A stretch of 64,000 nucleotides of DNA from Nitrososphaerota archaeon (GCA_038845265.1 JAWBQR010000001.1:64001-128000), one strand, 5' to 3'. Counted from the first letter of the stretch, positions 41,185 through 51,505 are shown. A program made the numbers and translations. Notes: generated by a model from the sequence alone, not told the origin.

Positions 41185-41220
41185 TGTATTTTATGTAGCA
41201 TCTTGTAGTTTATTGTAGCT
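41185..41220. promoter_or_regulatory. 10-bp-phased TGTAG direct repeats, candidate operator
   Basis: TGTAG at 41194, 41204 and 41214, plus imperfect TGTAT at 41185; just upstream of the AT-rich promoter of the 41137 gene. Confidence 0.45.
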
Positions 41221-41770
41221 AAACTTTTTCTTTGATGATCTCTATTGTTACCGCATTTTCTGCTATATGGAAGAATGGATGAATATTTATTCTATTGAAG
41301 ATGGATTGTACATAATGAGCTATTAAAAGTGACCCCTTAAGGCCAAATTGATGCACAAGCGATATTGTTAATTTTTCATGTGTATCAACCTCATTATACT
41401 CAAATAGATTTCCATATCTTGACAAGTCACGTAGATGACTAATAATATTGTCGAGAGTTAGTGCCCCATACTTTACTAATATTATTGATTCGGCTATGTT
41501 CTCCCCTGAAATTTGTCCAACTTTTATAATCATACTCTCATGAATTGCTTCCAATAAATATCTAAGTAGCTGCCCCGGTATCTTTATAGTGTGCATCGTC
41601 TTTGAGTACCTCTCAAAGTTTACATATGAATCAATGAGATGATTCATCAGTGTATTAACACTTATACGCTGCTTTTCAGCATCCTCTTGAATTACCCTAA
41701 AGGCCTGTTCAGAAAATCTAAAAGACCTAGTTATTGTCTCATCTGTAGCTGGCAAGACGAGTCTTTTCAA
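41219..41770 (-). CDS. ribbon-helix-helix protein with a C-terminal alpha/beta domain; putative regulator
   Basis: N-terminal TITRSFRF-SEQAFRVIQEDAEKQRISVNTLMNHLIDSY is an RHH pattern. Confidence 0.6.
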   Translation of the reverse strand: MKRLVLPATDETITRSFRFSEQAFRVIQEDAEKQRISVNTLMNHLIDSYVNFERYSKTMHTIKIPGQLLRYLLEAIHESMIIKVGQISGENIAESIILVKYGALTLDNIISHLRDLSRYGNLFEYNEVDTHEKLTISLVHQFGLKGSLLIAHYVQSIFNRINIHPFFHIAENAVTIEIIKEKV

Positions 41771-41913
41771 TATATAATCATAGTTGTTTTTATTCTTTTA
41801 AAGAAACTCTAGTTATGACCCTACAATTAAATGGTGTCTGGATGTTGAGAGCGAATATTTAATTAGTGTTTATAAAGTAGCTGGGATTGAAGTTATATTT
41901 TGGGTGAGTAAGT

Positions 41914-43584
41914 CTCGGCAAGTGGCTAGTATGCGCGGCCTGGCCATACATAAACAATTTGCCTCACCTAGGCACACTTATAGGTTCCGTCCTCTCTGCT
42001 GATGTCTTCGCACGATACCTGAGACTTAGGGGTGAAGAAGTCTTATTCGTTAGTGGCTCAGATGAGCACGGCACACCCATCGAAATTGAAGCAATAAAGA
42101 GGAGAGTCCATCCAAAGACACTTACAGACGAAGTACACTCGTTGGTCACAGACTTATTCAAGAGATTTTCAATATCATTTGATAATTATACTCGTACTCA
42201 TAACGATATTCATATCAATTTTTGTAGGGAGTTATTTTTACGAATCTATGAGAAAGGTTTTATCTATGCGAGAGATGTGGATCAGCTCTTCTGCGAGACT
42301 TGCAAAAGATTTCTGCCAGACAGGTTTGTAATTGGCACTTGCCCTAAGTGTGGATACCCATCGGCTAGGGGAGACCAGTGCGAGAATTGCGGAATTGTAC
42401 TTGAGCCTCTTGAACTAGTGGACTATAGGTGTAGTATTTGTGGCTCGATTCCGGTGATAAAGAAAACGAAGCATTGGTACTTTGACCTTCCTCGTTTCTC
42501 AGAGAAGTTGCGGACGATGATTTTAAATAATGATAGGCTGCCAGAAAATGCGAAGAATTTCTCTCTTAGCTGGATTAATGAAGGGTTAAGGCCGAGGGCG
42601 GTAACTAGGGATAATCAATGGGGCATACCTGCCCCATTTCCAGGAGCTGAGGGGAAGACGATTTATGTCTGGTTTGAGGCCGTCATAGGCTATGTCACAG
42701 CAACAATTGAATGGTCATTAATGCGCGGCAATCAAGAATTATGGAAAAAATACTGGTTAGACCCTGAGACGAAGAGTGTATACTTTATCGGTAAAGACAA
42801 TATACCGTTTCACACAATCATTCTGCCTGCTCTCCTCATGGCTTATGATGAGAGATTCGTCCTTCCCTGGAATGTATCGTCCACTGAATACCTAATGTTT
42901 GAAGGACAGAAGTTCTCCAAAAGTCGAGGCGTAGGTATATGGCTTGACCAAGCCCTTAGCTACTTCCCCGCTGACTATTGGCGATATTACCTTATCAAGA
43001 TAAGGCCTGAAAAGAGCGATACAAACTTTAGCTGGGACGATTTTCAAAAGACAATCAACAATGACCTTAATGATAATATTGGTAACTTCGTACATAGGGT
43101 CTTAACCTTCATCTATAACCACTATGGTGGTGAGATTCCTAAACCTCACGCCTTCGATGAATCCGACAATGACCTGTTATCACACATTAAAGCCACACCT
43201 ATAGAGTCTGGCAGATACCTAGACGAACTAAAGATGAGGCAGGCACTTGAAGTGATAACTGAGCTGTCTAGCCAAGGAAATGTATACCTGACCAGGAAGG
43301 AGCCCTGGCACTCAATAAAAAAAGAGCCCGAGAAAGCGGAGACAACATTATATGTCGCGTCTCAAGTGGTTAAAAGTCTCTCGATTCTTCTAGAACCCTT
43401 CATTCCTGAATCAGCTGCAAAGATAAGGGATATGCTTGACTTGAAAATTCAGGAACGAGACGCGTGGTTCAGTGCTGGTGAAACACCTCTTAGGCCCGGA
43501 CATAAGATAAATAGGCCTAAACCCTTATTTGAAAAGATACCAGACAGTAAAATCGCGGAATTAAAAAACAAAACTAAAGGTTAA
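41914..43584 (+). CDS. metG: methionyl-tRNA synthetase (no canonical start codon in frame)
   Basis: KWLVCAAWPYINNLPHLG (HIGH region), GSDEHG, zinc knuckles, YVWFEA, IGKDN, KFSKS; in-frame TGA at 41905. Confidence 0.95.
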   Translation, partial: LGKWLVCAAWPYINNLPHLGTLIGSVLSADVFARYLRLRGEEVLFVSGSDEHGTPIEIEAIKRRVHPKTLTDEVHSLVTDLFKRFSISFDNYTRTHNDIHINFCRELFLRIYEKGFIYARDVDQLFCETCKRFLPDRFVIGTCPKCGYPSARGDQCENCGIVLEPLELVDYRCSICGSIPVIKKTKHWYFDLPRFSEKLRTMILNNDRLPENAKNFSLSWINEGLRPRAVTRDNQWGIPAPFPGAEGKTIYVWFEAVIGYVTATIEWSLMRGNQELWKKYWLDPETKSVYFIGKDNIPFHTIILPALLMAYDERFVLPWNVSSTEYLMFEGQKFSKSRGVGIWLDQALSYFPADYWRYYLIKIRPEKSDTNFSWDDFQKTINNDLNDNIGNFVHRVLTFIYNHYGGEIPKPHAFDESDNDLLSHIKATPIESGRYLDELKMRQALEVITELSSQGNVYLTRKEPWHSIKKEPEKAETTLYVASQVVKSLSILLEPFIPESAAKIRDMLDLKIQERDAWFSAGETPLRPGHKINRPKPLFEKIPDSKIAELKNKTKG

Positions 43585-43631
43585 CATTTCAGTAAATAAT
43601 TAATTGTTTAAGGATGAGTATTGCCCCTTTT

Positions 43632-44765
43632 TCAGCTTCTGAGCCTTTTTATGCCTAGCTCCGCTATCAGTTTCTCTAGTTCGTCCTCCTCCCTCTCATG
43701 TATCGACTCATCTGGCACTTGATGAGTTTTTGACTCTATTTTGTGTGATTCATCGGCATTCAGGTTTACTACTGGTTCTGATTCGCCGATCGAGGTAACT
43801 GATACGCTTGATATTCCTGTCAGTATCAGGGCGACCTGCATCGTCGAGGCATAATAGTTATCGATTCTTGCTCCCCAAACGACTAGTCCTTCATCACCCA
43901 TGAGTTCCGATATTATTTCTGGCGGTCTAGAGGCTTCCTTAAGCTTCATGTCTTCCCCTCCAGTTACATGGACGATAGCCGCGGTTATTCCATCAAAGGT
44001 ACCCTCAAGCAGTGGCGATTGAAGCGCGTTAAAGGTAGCTTCTTCTGCCCTGTTAGGCGAACTGCTCCTTCCAATTCCAAGAGATGCTAGCTTTCCCTGA
44101 CTAACAACTGCTTTAAAGTCTTCAAAGTCAATATTGATCAAACTAGGCTTTACAATAGATTCTGTAATGCTAAGAATCATGTTGTTGATTACTTCATCAG
44201 CTAGTGAAAAGGCCGTCTTAAGGTTATATTGTGGATACAACTCGAGTAGCCTGTTATTATCGATGACCACTACAGTATTAGTATACTTTTGTAGTTCTTC
44301 AAGGCCTTTTATCGCTATTCTTCGCCTAACATTTCCCTCAAACCTGAAAGGCATCGTGACAACGCCTACAACGATAGCGCCCAGTTCTTTCGCAACCTTC
44401 GCAACTAGGGGAGCTGCACCTGTCCCTGTGCCTCCACCAAGCCCTGCCGCTATGAATACTAAGTCAGAGTCTTGTAATGCTCCGCGAATTTCTTCAATTG
44501 ATTCCTCCGCAGCCACTCTTCCAATTTCTGGATTACCACCAGCTCCATGAAACTTGGTTACGGACGGGCCCAAAAGAATTTTTTGATGGGCCCTTATCGT
44601 GTCTAAATGTTGTTTATCAGTATTTGCTGCTATTGTCACTGCGCCATACAGCCCGCCAGTGACGAGCCTATTTACAGTGTTACATCCAGCGCCTCCTACT
44701 CCAATTAGCTTTAGTCTAACCCCATCAACATCATCCGTGTACGTCTGCAGTAAGGGCTCACTCAC
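43632..44765 (-). CDS. ftsZ: cell division protein FtsZ
   Basis: [36 protein letters not shown] (T7 loop). Confidence 0.93.
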   Translation of the reverse strand: MSEPLLQTYTDDVDGVRLKLIGVGGAGCNTVNRLVTGGLYGAVTIAANTDKQHLDTIRAHQKILLGPSVTKFHGAGGNPEIGRVAAEESIEEIRGALQDSDLVFIAAGLGGGTGTGAAPLVAKVAKELGAIVVGVVTMPFRFEGNVRRRIAIKGLEELQKYTNTVVVIDNNRLLELYPQYNLKTAFSLADEVINNMILSITESIVKPSLINIDFEDFKAVVSQGKLASLGIGRSSSPNRAEEATFNALQSPLLEGTFDGITAAIVHVTGGEDMKLKEASRPPEIISELMGDEGLVVWGARIDNYYASTMQVALILTGISSVSVTSIGESEPVVNLNADESHKIESKTHQVPDESIHEREEDELEKLIAELGIKRLRS

Positions 44766-44904
44766 TTGTCCTTGCCTCCTCCTTTATAAAGTCCCTCACA
44801 GCCATCCTGATAGCTTCCGCACGATTTGGATAAAGACGCCTTCTAACAAGTTCGTCTATAGCTTCTAAGTATGCTTCAGGTAAGTGAACCGTCACTACTC
44901 TCAT
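44758..44904 (-). CDS. cdrS: CdrS-like ribbon-helix-helix regulator
   Basis: [10 protein letters not shown]...[15 protein letters not shown]; overlaps the ftsZ start as in cdrS-ftsZ operons; SD GGTGA. Confidence 0.8.
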   Translation of the reverse strand: MRVVTVHLPEAYLEAIDELVRRRLYPNRAEAIRMAVRDFIKEEARTSE

Positions 44905-45032
44905 TCTAATCACCCTGAGGGTAGCTAGAATGTGAATTAGGGAAAAAGATTGGTAATACATCGATTAACGCATAATATGACGCTCCACGCTAAGACCGCG
45001 TATTCTGTTGCATTTTATGATAATTCTATATA

Positions 45033-45449
45033 TTGGAATCGAGATATTCTATCCTAAAAATGCGCAACGAGGAGGAAGACGAGATACGTGAAGTGATCGA
45101 GCTCATAAATAGCAGTATTGATAATAATACATTGATTCTAGTTGAAGGCGTGACGGACCTCAGGGCTCTACAAGAAGCAGGCATCAACGCTAAGATCTTT
45201 ACACTTTTTGACTTTTACAAGTGGATGGACTCGGAACAACATGGCAAGGCTTTTAGAGTCATTGCCATGCTAGACCTAGATAGGGAAGGAGAATCAACGT
45301 TAAGAAAATTGAAGAATAAATACTCAAACATTGTCAATTTTGATGAGCTCCCAAGAAAGAAATTAAGGATGACGAACAGGTATAAGAAGGGGTTAAGAAC
45401 AATTTATCAATTGTTTAATGTGTCAAATAAAGGGAATGAATATGTCTGA
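45033..45449 (+). CDS. small Toprim-domain protein
   Basis: LVEGVTD and DLDREGE (Glu plus DxD). Alternative ATG at 45060. Confidence 0.75.
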   Translation: MESRYSILKMRNEEEDEIREVIELINSSIDNNTLILVEGVTDLRALQEAGINAKIFTLFDFYKWMDSEQHGKAFRVIAMLDLDREGESTLRKLKNKYSNIVNFDELPRKKLRMTNRYKKGLRTIYQLFNVSNKGNEYV

Positions 45450-47778
45450 GATAGAATTGATGCCAAAAATTGGTGAAAAAGTCTGGAACCCATCGATTGA
45501 GATTTTAATCATGAATGAGTGGGAGAAATCGAAAATTTACCATTTTAATAAGAAAACTAGAAAGAAAATATTCGTTATAGACACTCCTCCACCATACCCC
45601 TCAGGTAGGCCGTGGCATATAGGAGCAGCCGCGCAGTACGCCCAGATTGATATGATTGCAAGAACTGCCCGAATGATGGGCTACGAAGTGAGATTCCCAA
45701 TAGGGATCGATAGGAATGGAATACCAGTAGAAAAATATGTTGAACGCGAGCTAGGCGTAAGATTAACCGATGTCCCTCGGGAAGAGTTCTTGAGGTTATG
45801 CTCAGAAGCGTTGGATAAACTTGAGGACGAGATGATAAATATAATGAGGAGAATGGGTCTCTCCGGAGAACTCACTAATCATTATCGGACTGATTCAGAG
45901 GAGTACAGAGCCATTACCCAAGCTACCTTCATAGAGCTTTTCAAAAAAGGATTGATATACACTTCATCTAGGCCGAACAATTATTGCTGGGAGTGCGGCA
46001 CAACTGTTGCGGACGCCGAGGTGGATTATAGAGAAACAACTACACAGTTAATCTACATGAGGTTCACAGTAAAAGAAACAAATGAAAAAATAATAGTTGC
46101 TTCAACACGTCCGGAACTTTTATGTGCATGCAGGGCAGTCATATATAATCCAGAAGATAGTCGATATCTCAATTTATCAGGAAAGACGGCAATAGTGCCT
46201 CTTTACGGCCATGAGGTCCCCATATTTCCTCACAAGGCAGCTAGACCTGAATTCGGAAGCGGCCTTGTAATGGTGTGTAGTTATGGTGACCAGACAGACG
46301 TACAGCTCTTCAGAGAGCTTGGCTTAAGGGAGGTTATAGCGATAGATACAAGCGGCAAGATGACTGAGGCGGCTGGACCACTCAAGGGACTGCCAGTAAA
46401 AGAAGCTAGGTTGAAAATAGTCGATCTTCTACAGGCATCCGGAGACATAGAAAAGATTGAAAGTATAACTCATAGCGAACCAATCTGCGAAAGATCAGGA
46501 ACCCCGATTGAGATAATCCCCATGAACGAGTACTATCTCAGGCAGCTTGAATTCAAAGAAGAATTATTAAGAATTATTGAAAAAATGAAATTTCATCCAC
46601 CATTTCATCGCCAATTGCTGATTGATTGGATTAAGTCCTTGACTATTGACTGGCCCATCTCAAGGCGGCGGTATTATGCTACAGAAATTCCAATCTGGTA
46701 TTGTAGAGTATGTGGGGAGCCCCATACACCGGAGCCAGACAGATATTATAGACCTTGGGTCGAGAATGCACCATTTGAGAAATGTCTGAAATGTGGTTCG
46801 AGTGAATTCATTGGAGAGGAGAGAACGTTCGATACGTGGATGGATTCTAGCATCACGCCACTATTTGTAAGTGGCTATAGAAGAGATATGGACTTATTCA
46901 GGAGAGCATACCCAACAGGGATAAGACCGCAGGGAAAAGATATCGTTAGGACTTGGCTATATTACACGATACTTAGGTGCTACCAGCTTACCGGAAAACC
47001 ACCATTCAAACACGTATGGATCGGTGGATTAGGATTGGATGAAAAAGGAGAAAAGATGAGTAAGAGTAGAGGAAACGTTATTGATCCAGGCCCAATACTT
47101 GAGAAATATGGTGCAGACGTTTTTAGGTACTGGTCAGCTCAAGAGGCAAGCCTAGGCTATGACTTTAGAATCTCCGAACAGAGAATTGCATCAGCTGGAA
47201 GATTCTTAACCAAGCTCTGGAATATAGCTAGGTTCGTATCTCAGTTTCCATATCCACGAAGAGCAAAATTGTCGCCAACTGATAGGTGGATACTGGCAGA
47301 GCTCAATAAGCTAGTTAATGAATGCATCGATGGATATAATTCATTTAACTTCTTCATCCCTGCGACTCGTATAAGAGACTTTCTCTGGAATACATTTGCT
47401 GATCATTACATAGAGATGGTTAAAGGCAGAGCATTGATGCGTGGAGAAAAAAAATCGTCTGCGAGGGCTGCTTGGTATACTTTACATACCTGCTTAAAGA
47501 CGTGCCTAATACTGCTGGCACCTATAGCTCCCTTCATCACTGAGTATATATGGAGGACACTTTATTCAAAGAAGAGCATACACCTGCAGAGGTTGCCAAC
47601 TAAACGAAGGGTCAGCAAGTTGATAGTTTATACCGATAAGATTAAGGAATTCAACAGTAATGTATGGAGAATTAAAAAACTTCAAAACCTCTCACTTAGA
47701 GACCCAATAAAAATCGAGATACCTAAAGAGCTAAAGCCATTTGAAGATGATCTAAGAAGGATGCACAACATTACCTAA
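45442..47778 (+). CDS. valS: valyl-tRNA synthetase
   Basis: IDTPPPY...WHIG, TRPEL, DWPISR, DTWMDSS, KMSKS. Confidence 0.95.
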   Translation: MSEIELMPKIGEKVWNPSIEILIMNEWEKSKIYHFNKKTRKKIFVIDTPPPYPSGRPWHIGAAAQYAQIDMIARTARMMGYEVRFPIGIDRNGIPVEKYVERELGVRLTDVPREEFLRLCSEALDKLEDEMINIMRRMGLSGELTNHYRTDSEEYRAITQATFIELFKKGLIYTSSRPNNYCWECGTTVADAEVDYRETTTQLIYMRFTVKETNEKIIVASTRPELLCACRAVIYNPEDSRYLNLSGKTAIVPLYGHEVPIFPHKAARPEFGSGLVMVCSYGDQTDVQLFRELGLREVIAIDTSGKMTEAAGPLKGLPVKEARLKIVDLLQASGDIEKIESITHSEPICERSGTPIEIIPMNEYYLRQLEFKEELLRIIEKMKFHPPFHRQLLIDWIKSLTIDWPISRRRYYATEIPIWYCRVCGEPHTPEPDRYYRPWVENAPFEKCLKCGSSEFIGEERTFDTWMDSSITPLFVSGYRRDMDLFRRAYPTGIRPQGKDIVRTWLYYTILRCYQLTGKPPFKHVWIGGLGLDEKGEKMSKSRGNVIDPGPILEKYGADVFRYWSAQEASLGYDFRISEQRIASAGRFLTKLWNIARFVSQFPYPRRAKLSPTDRWILAELNKLVNECIDGYNSFNFFIPATRIRDFLWNTFADHYIEMVKGRALMRGEKKSSARAAWYTLHTCLKTCLILLAPIAPFITEYIWRTLYSKKSIHLQRLPTKRRVSKLIVYTDKIKEFNSNVWRIKKLQNLSLRDPIKIEIPKELKPFEDDLRRMHNIT

Positions 47779-47832
47779 CTACAGCGTCTAAAGCCAACAT
47801 TTTTATAGTGTAATCATTAGTTTTTCTCCAGG

Positions 47833-49236
47833 ATGGCCTCATACTTTAGCAAGGTATCAAGCAATGATGTAGAGTACTTGGAAAAGCTTTGCGGTTCAAA
47901 CAACGTAAGCATTGCCGAAGAAGATTTAGTGACGAATGCAATTGATGCACAGCTAGGCGGATTCCATAGGCCTGAAGTAGTTGTATGGCCAGAAAATTCG
48001 GAGCAAATCTCAAAGATATTGAAATACGCTGATGAGAAGAAAATCCCCGTCTACCCCAGGGGAGGGGGGACAGGACTTACGGGCACGGTCCCGATCTATC
48101 GCGGTATTGTCGTCAATATGAAAAAGATGAATAAGATAATTGAAGTCGACGAGGATAACATGCAGACTAGGGTGCAGCCAGGAATAGTTTACGACAACCT
48201 GAACAGAGAGTTGGAGCGCTATGGACTATTTTTCCCTCCTGACCCATCGAGTGGAGCTTCATGCACAGTTGGTGGAATGGTGGCATCCAATGCCTCTGGG
48301 CTGAAGGCCGTGAAATATGGAACGACGAGAGAATACGTCCTAGGATTTGAAGCCGCTTTTCCCAAGAATGGACTCTTGAGGCTAGGTACAAAGACGTTCA
48401 AGTATTCACTAGGTTTTGACATTGTTAAGATGCTTGTGGGATCGCAGGGCACATTAGCTATTTTTACCGAGGTCACCTTAAGGCTCAGACCTCTGCCCGA
48501 AAGCATGGCTACAGTTGCCGCATTCTTTAAATCCATAGCCGAGGCAAATAGGACTATCTATAACATTGTCAGGCGTGGATTAGATGTCGCAGCGCTCGAA
48601 TTCATGGATAAATCGACTATGAATGCCGTTTCTGAGTTTAAGAAAATTAATTTTCCAGACGCCGAGGCAATGCTATTGATAGAGACTCATGGATGCGAGA
48701 AGACTGTATCAGAAGAATTGGGGAGATGCATCAATATTGTTAAACAGAATGGGGGGTTTGAGATATGGCATGCGACTAGTAAGGAAGAAAGGGAAAGGCT
48801 CTGGGCGGCGCGTAAAGGCGCCTATCCATCTGTTCTGAAGCTCGGACGATACACGTTGATCAGCGACGTCATCATTCCACTCTCAAGACTAGTGGAGGCT
48901 GTTCAGAAAGCGTATGATATAGGCAATAAGTATGGACTGAAGACATCATGTATAGGGCACTTCGGTGATGGGAACCTTCATGTCAACTGGGGAACAGATA
49001 AAAGCATCGAGGACCTCCACAGGGCAAACGACGAGCTGAATCGATGGGTAATCTCAATCGGAGGAGCCGTGTCCGGCGAACACGGTATAGGGACCGAGAA
49101 GAAAGCATACATGAAACTCCAGCACGGCGAATCATATAATATGATGATTAAAATTAAGAGATTATTGGATCCAAACTTTATTCTCTCACCTGGGATAATC
49201 TTCGAATTAGAGGATCTATTATCATCGAGTGGTTAG
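47833..49236 (+). CDS. FAD-linked 2-hydroxyacid oxidoreductase (GlcD/D-lactate dehydrogenase family)
   Basis: PRGGGTG, PPDPSS, GSQGTL, GHFGDGNLH, SGEHGIG. Confidence 0.88.
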   Translation: MASYFSKVSSNDVEYLEKLCGSNNVSIAEEDLVTNAIDAQLGGFHRPEVVVWPENSEQISKILKYADEKKIPVYPRGGGTGLTGTVPIYRGIVVNMKKMNKIIEVDEDNMQTRVQPGIVYDNLNRELERYGLFFPPDPSSGASCTVGGMVASNASGLKAVKYGTTREYVLGFEAAFPKNGLLRLGTKTFKYSLGFDIVKMLVGSQGTLAIFTEVTLRLRPLPESMATVAAFFKSIAEANRTIYNIVRRGLDVAALEFMDKSTMNAVSEFKKINFPDAEAMLLIETHGCEKTVSEELGRCINIVKQNGGFEIWHATSKEERERLWAARKGAYPSVLKLGRYTLISDVIIPLSRLVEAVQKAYDIGNKYGLKTSCIGHFGDGNLHVNWGTDKSIEDLHRANDELNRWVISIGGAVSGEHGIGTEKKAYMKLQHGESYNMMIKIKRLLDPNFILSPGIIFELEDLLSSSG

Positions 49237-49239
49237 GAG

Positions 49240-50469
49240 ATGAAGAATATGGATGCATTAGATGAATTGTTAGGCGATTACTTAAATGATGTATTGAAGT
49301 GTGTCAGGTGTGGATTCTGTAACAGCGTCTGTCCGACATCCAATACTTCGTTCTCATACAAGGATTCAAAGACGTCACGGGGCAGAATAGTACTCCTGCA
49401 GGCTAAGCACTATAATGTTCTTGGCATGACAATCGGTAGCGAAGAATTTCAAGAGCTCATGGATCTCTGTTTCGGTTGTAGAAGATGTTTGGAGGTCTGT
49501 CCGGCAGGAGTTAGAATTCCCCAAGTAATATGGCGAGCAAAGAGTGCCGGAAGTTTCAAACTCAGTAAAATAATATTCGCAAACTATGGCTTATTTGAGA
49601 AGCTTGGATCTACATTTCCGTCTCTCTCAAACACGTTGATCAAGAGCAAGATGGGTAGGTCGCTTCTCGAGGCTATGGCTGGGATAAAGCAGGAGGCACC
49701 ATTTCCAAGCTTTCAGGACGATACACTCGAGAGATACATTAGGGAACGAGGGGTAAAGTCTGGGAGCCGAGGTAGACTTGCATACTTCATTGATGTCTAT
49801 ACAAATTATCACGAGGTTGAGTTGGGAAAAAAGGCAGTCCAGACGTTAGAGAGGCTTGGATATTCAGTAGAGGCACCAAGACAGAGGGAGGCTGGGACAC
49901 TTGCATTAGAGTGTGGCGCATTAGAGAATGCCATTAAAATTGCTAGATTTAACGTCGATAGTTTTTATGAATCTGTAAATCGTGGAGCGAAGATAATAAC
50001 GACTTCTCCTGCCGCTTATGTTGCTTTAAAAATAGACTATCCTGAACTCCTATGTGATGAAAAATCTAGAGTAGTGGCTGAGAATACGTTAGACATTGTT
50101 GAGCTACTTCTAAATGAGTACGATGCGGGTTCTATTGACTTTACTGATAGAGATAGTGAAGCGGTCTATCATCATAGCTGCTTCACTAAGGCATCACATT
50201 TGACTAACCATGTTAAGAGACTCCTAGAATTAGCCGGTTATAGGTTATTGGAGCTTGATGAATGCTGCGGAGTCGCGGGAGTATGGGGACTCAGCAAGAA
50301 GCACTATAAAGAATCTATAGAGATAGGTTCAAAGCTCTTTTCAAAGATAGATGAAGTCAGGCGGCCCGTCTTTTCTCAAAGCGAAACATGTAGACTACAG
50401 ATTAGGCATCATACAAAGTCAGTCGTAATGCATCCATTAGAAGGAGTAATGGACAGGATAAAACTATAA
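49240..50469 (+). CDS. Fe-S oxidoreductase subunit (GlcF/GlpC-like)
   Basis: Two CxxCxxCxxxCP motifs plus a CCG-type domain (HHSC...ECCG). Confidence 0.85.
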   Translation: MKNMDALDELLGDYLNDVLKCVRCGFCNSVCPTSNTSFSYKDSKTSRGRIVLLQAKHYNVLGMTIGSEEFQELMDLCFGCRRCLEVCPAGVRIPQVIWRAKSAGSFKLSKIIFANYGLFEKLGSTFPSLSNTLIKSKMGRSLLEAMAGIKQEAPFPSFQDDTLERYIRERGVKSGSRGRLAYFIDVYTNYHEVELGKKAVQTLERLGYSVEAPRQREAGTLALECGALENAIKIARFNVDSFYESVNRGAKIITTSPAAYVALKIDYPELLCDEKSRVVAENTLDIVELLLNEYDAGSIDFTDRDSEAVYHHSCFTKASHLTNHVKRLLELAGYRLLELDECCGVAGVWGLSKKHYKESIEIGSKLFSKIDEVRRPVFSQSETCRLQIRHHTKSVVMHPLEGVMDRIKL

Positions 50470-50529
50470 CGAATAAATGCGAGAAAATTTAATACGGGCA
50501 GGTGAAAGTTATTGCTCGGTTATTAGAGT

Positions 50530-50601
50530 AGCCCGGGAGGGGATTCGAACCCCTGTAAAGCGGCTCTGCAGGCCGCCGCCTAGCCGCTCGGCCACCCGGG
50601 C
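50530..50601 (-). tRNA. tRNA-Cys(GCA)
   Basis: Acceptor GCCCGGG/CCCGGGC-T; anticodon arm GCGGC-CT GCA GA-GCCGC; TTCGAAT. Confidence 0.95.
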
Positions 50602-50655
50602 CAGAAATTCTATGCAAAAACACTAATAAAAAGTTTAACGAATATAATATCTGCC

Positions 50656-50756
50656 GCGGGGGTAGCCAAGTCTGGCCAAAGGCGACGGGCTTAAGATCTC
50701 GTTGATAAGGCACCCGTTCCCGTAGGGGTTCGTGGGTTCGAATCCCACCCCCCGCA
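50656..50756 (+). tRNA. tRNA-Leu(TAA) with a 16-nt intron (50696-50711) at 37/38
   Basis: Acceptor GCGGGGG/CCCCCGC-A; long variable arm; BHB with CTTA/TAAG helix and AG|A and GC|A bulges. Confidence 0.95.
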
Positions 50757-50904
50757 CTGATTTTCTGAATCACCATGTAAAATTTCATGAAGTGTCTTTA
50801 TAAACTCATAATCCTAAATCATTTTGAGAATATGCTCAAAATCCAGTATCGAGTGATGGTTTTTAGTGGTTGATGAATTCTACATTACTTATTCTTGATG
50901 AATA

Positions 50905-51465
50905 ATGAAAAGTTTAATTGAGGATCAATCAGAAATTTTGTGTGTGGAATCATTAAGCGAGAATTTGAGACGAAAAATTAATGATTTCCTAAGTCGTCCA
51001 CTTATTGCCAAGATCGCTACCATAAATGCCGATGGATCACCGCATGTTGTACCTGTCATATATAGTTGGGATGGCATGAACCTATACCTGATTGGTAGAA
51101 AACGTGCATCTTGGATTGAAAACATCAGAAGGGATCCTAGAGTTGCTGTATTAGTAGACGACCCCAATCCACCAAATTCAAGAGTACTCATCCAAGGTGA
51201 AGCGATGATAGTAGGAACCGACTGGGTTGAGATGGGGAAGAAAATGCTAGAAAAATATATGGGAAAAGAAATGAGCCAAAAGTATCTTGAAGGAACTATT
51301 GATCAACCAAGATGGATAATCAAGATTGTCCCTAAGAAAATTACTAGCTGGATTATTTCAGAAAAAGACGCTGTTACTAGGAAAGCATGGCATCCCAGAT
51401 ACTACGAGCCCGGCACAAAATGGTATGAAGAATACATCAAAGAAGTTGGCTCATTTAAGTCATAA
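50905..51465 (+). CDS. pyridoxamine 5'-phosphate oxidase-like (PPOX-class flavin/F420-binding) protein
   Basis: IATINADGSPHVVPV, NIRRDPRVAVLVD, VLIQGEA. Confidence 0.8.
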   Translation: MKSLIEDQSEILCVESLSENLRRKINDFLSRPLIAKIATINADGSPHVVPVIYSWDGMNLYLIGRKRASWIENIRRDPRVAVLVDDPNPPNSRVLIQGEAMIVGTDWVEMGKKMLEKYMGKEMSQKYLEGTIDQPRWIIKIVPKKITSWIISEKDAVTRKAWHPRYYEPGTKWYEEYIKEVGSFKS

Positions 51466-51505
51466 AATATCCAACCAGACTCATAGCTTCAAAATATTTA
51501 TGGGC

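Noticed and set aside
44905-44961. N-terminal extension of the RHH ORF in the track
   Set aside because: SD GGTGA precedes ATG 44904 and the family pattern starts there.
50489-50788. 99-aa minus-strand ORF
   Set aside because: It lies over tRNA-Cys and tRNA-Leu; spurious.
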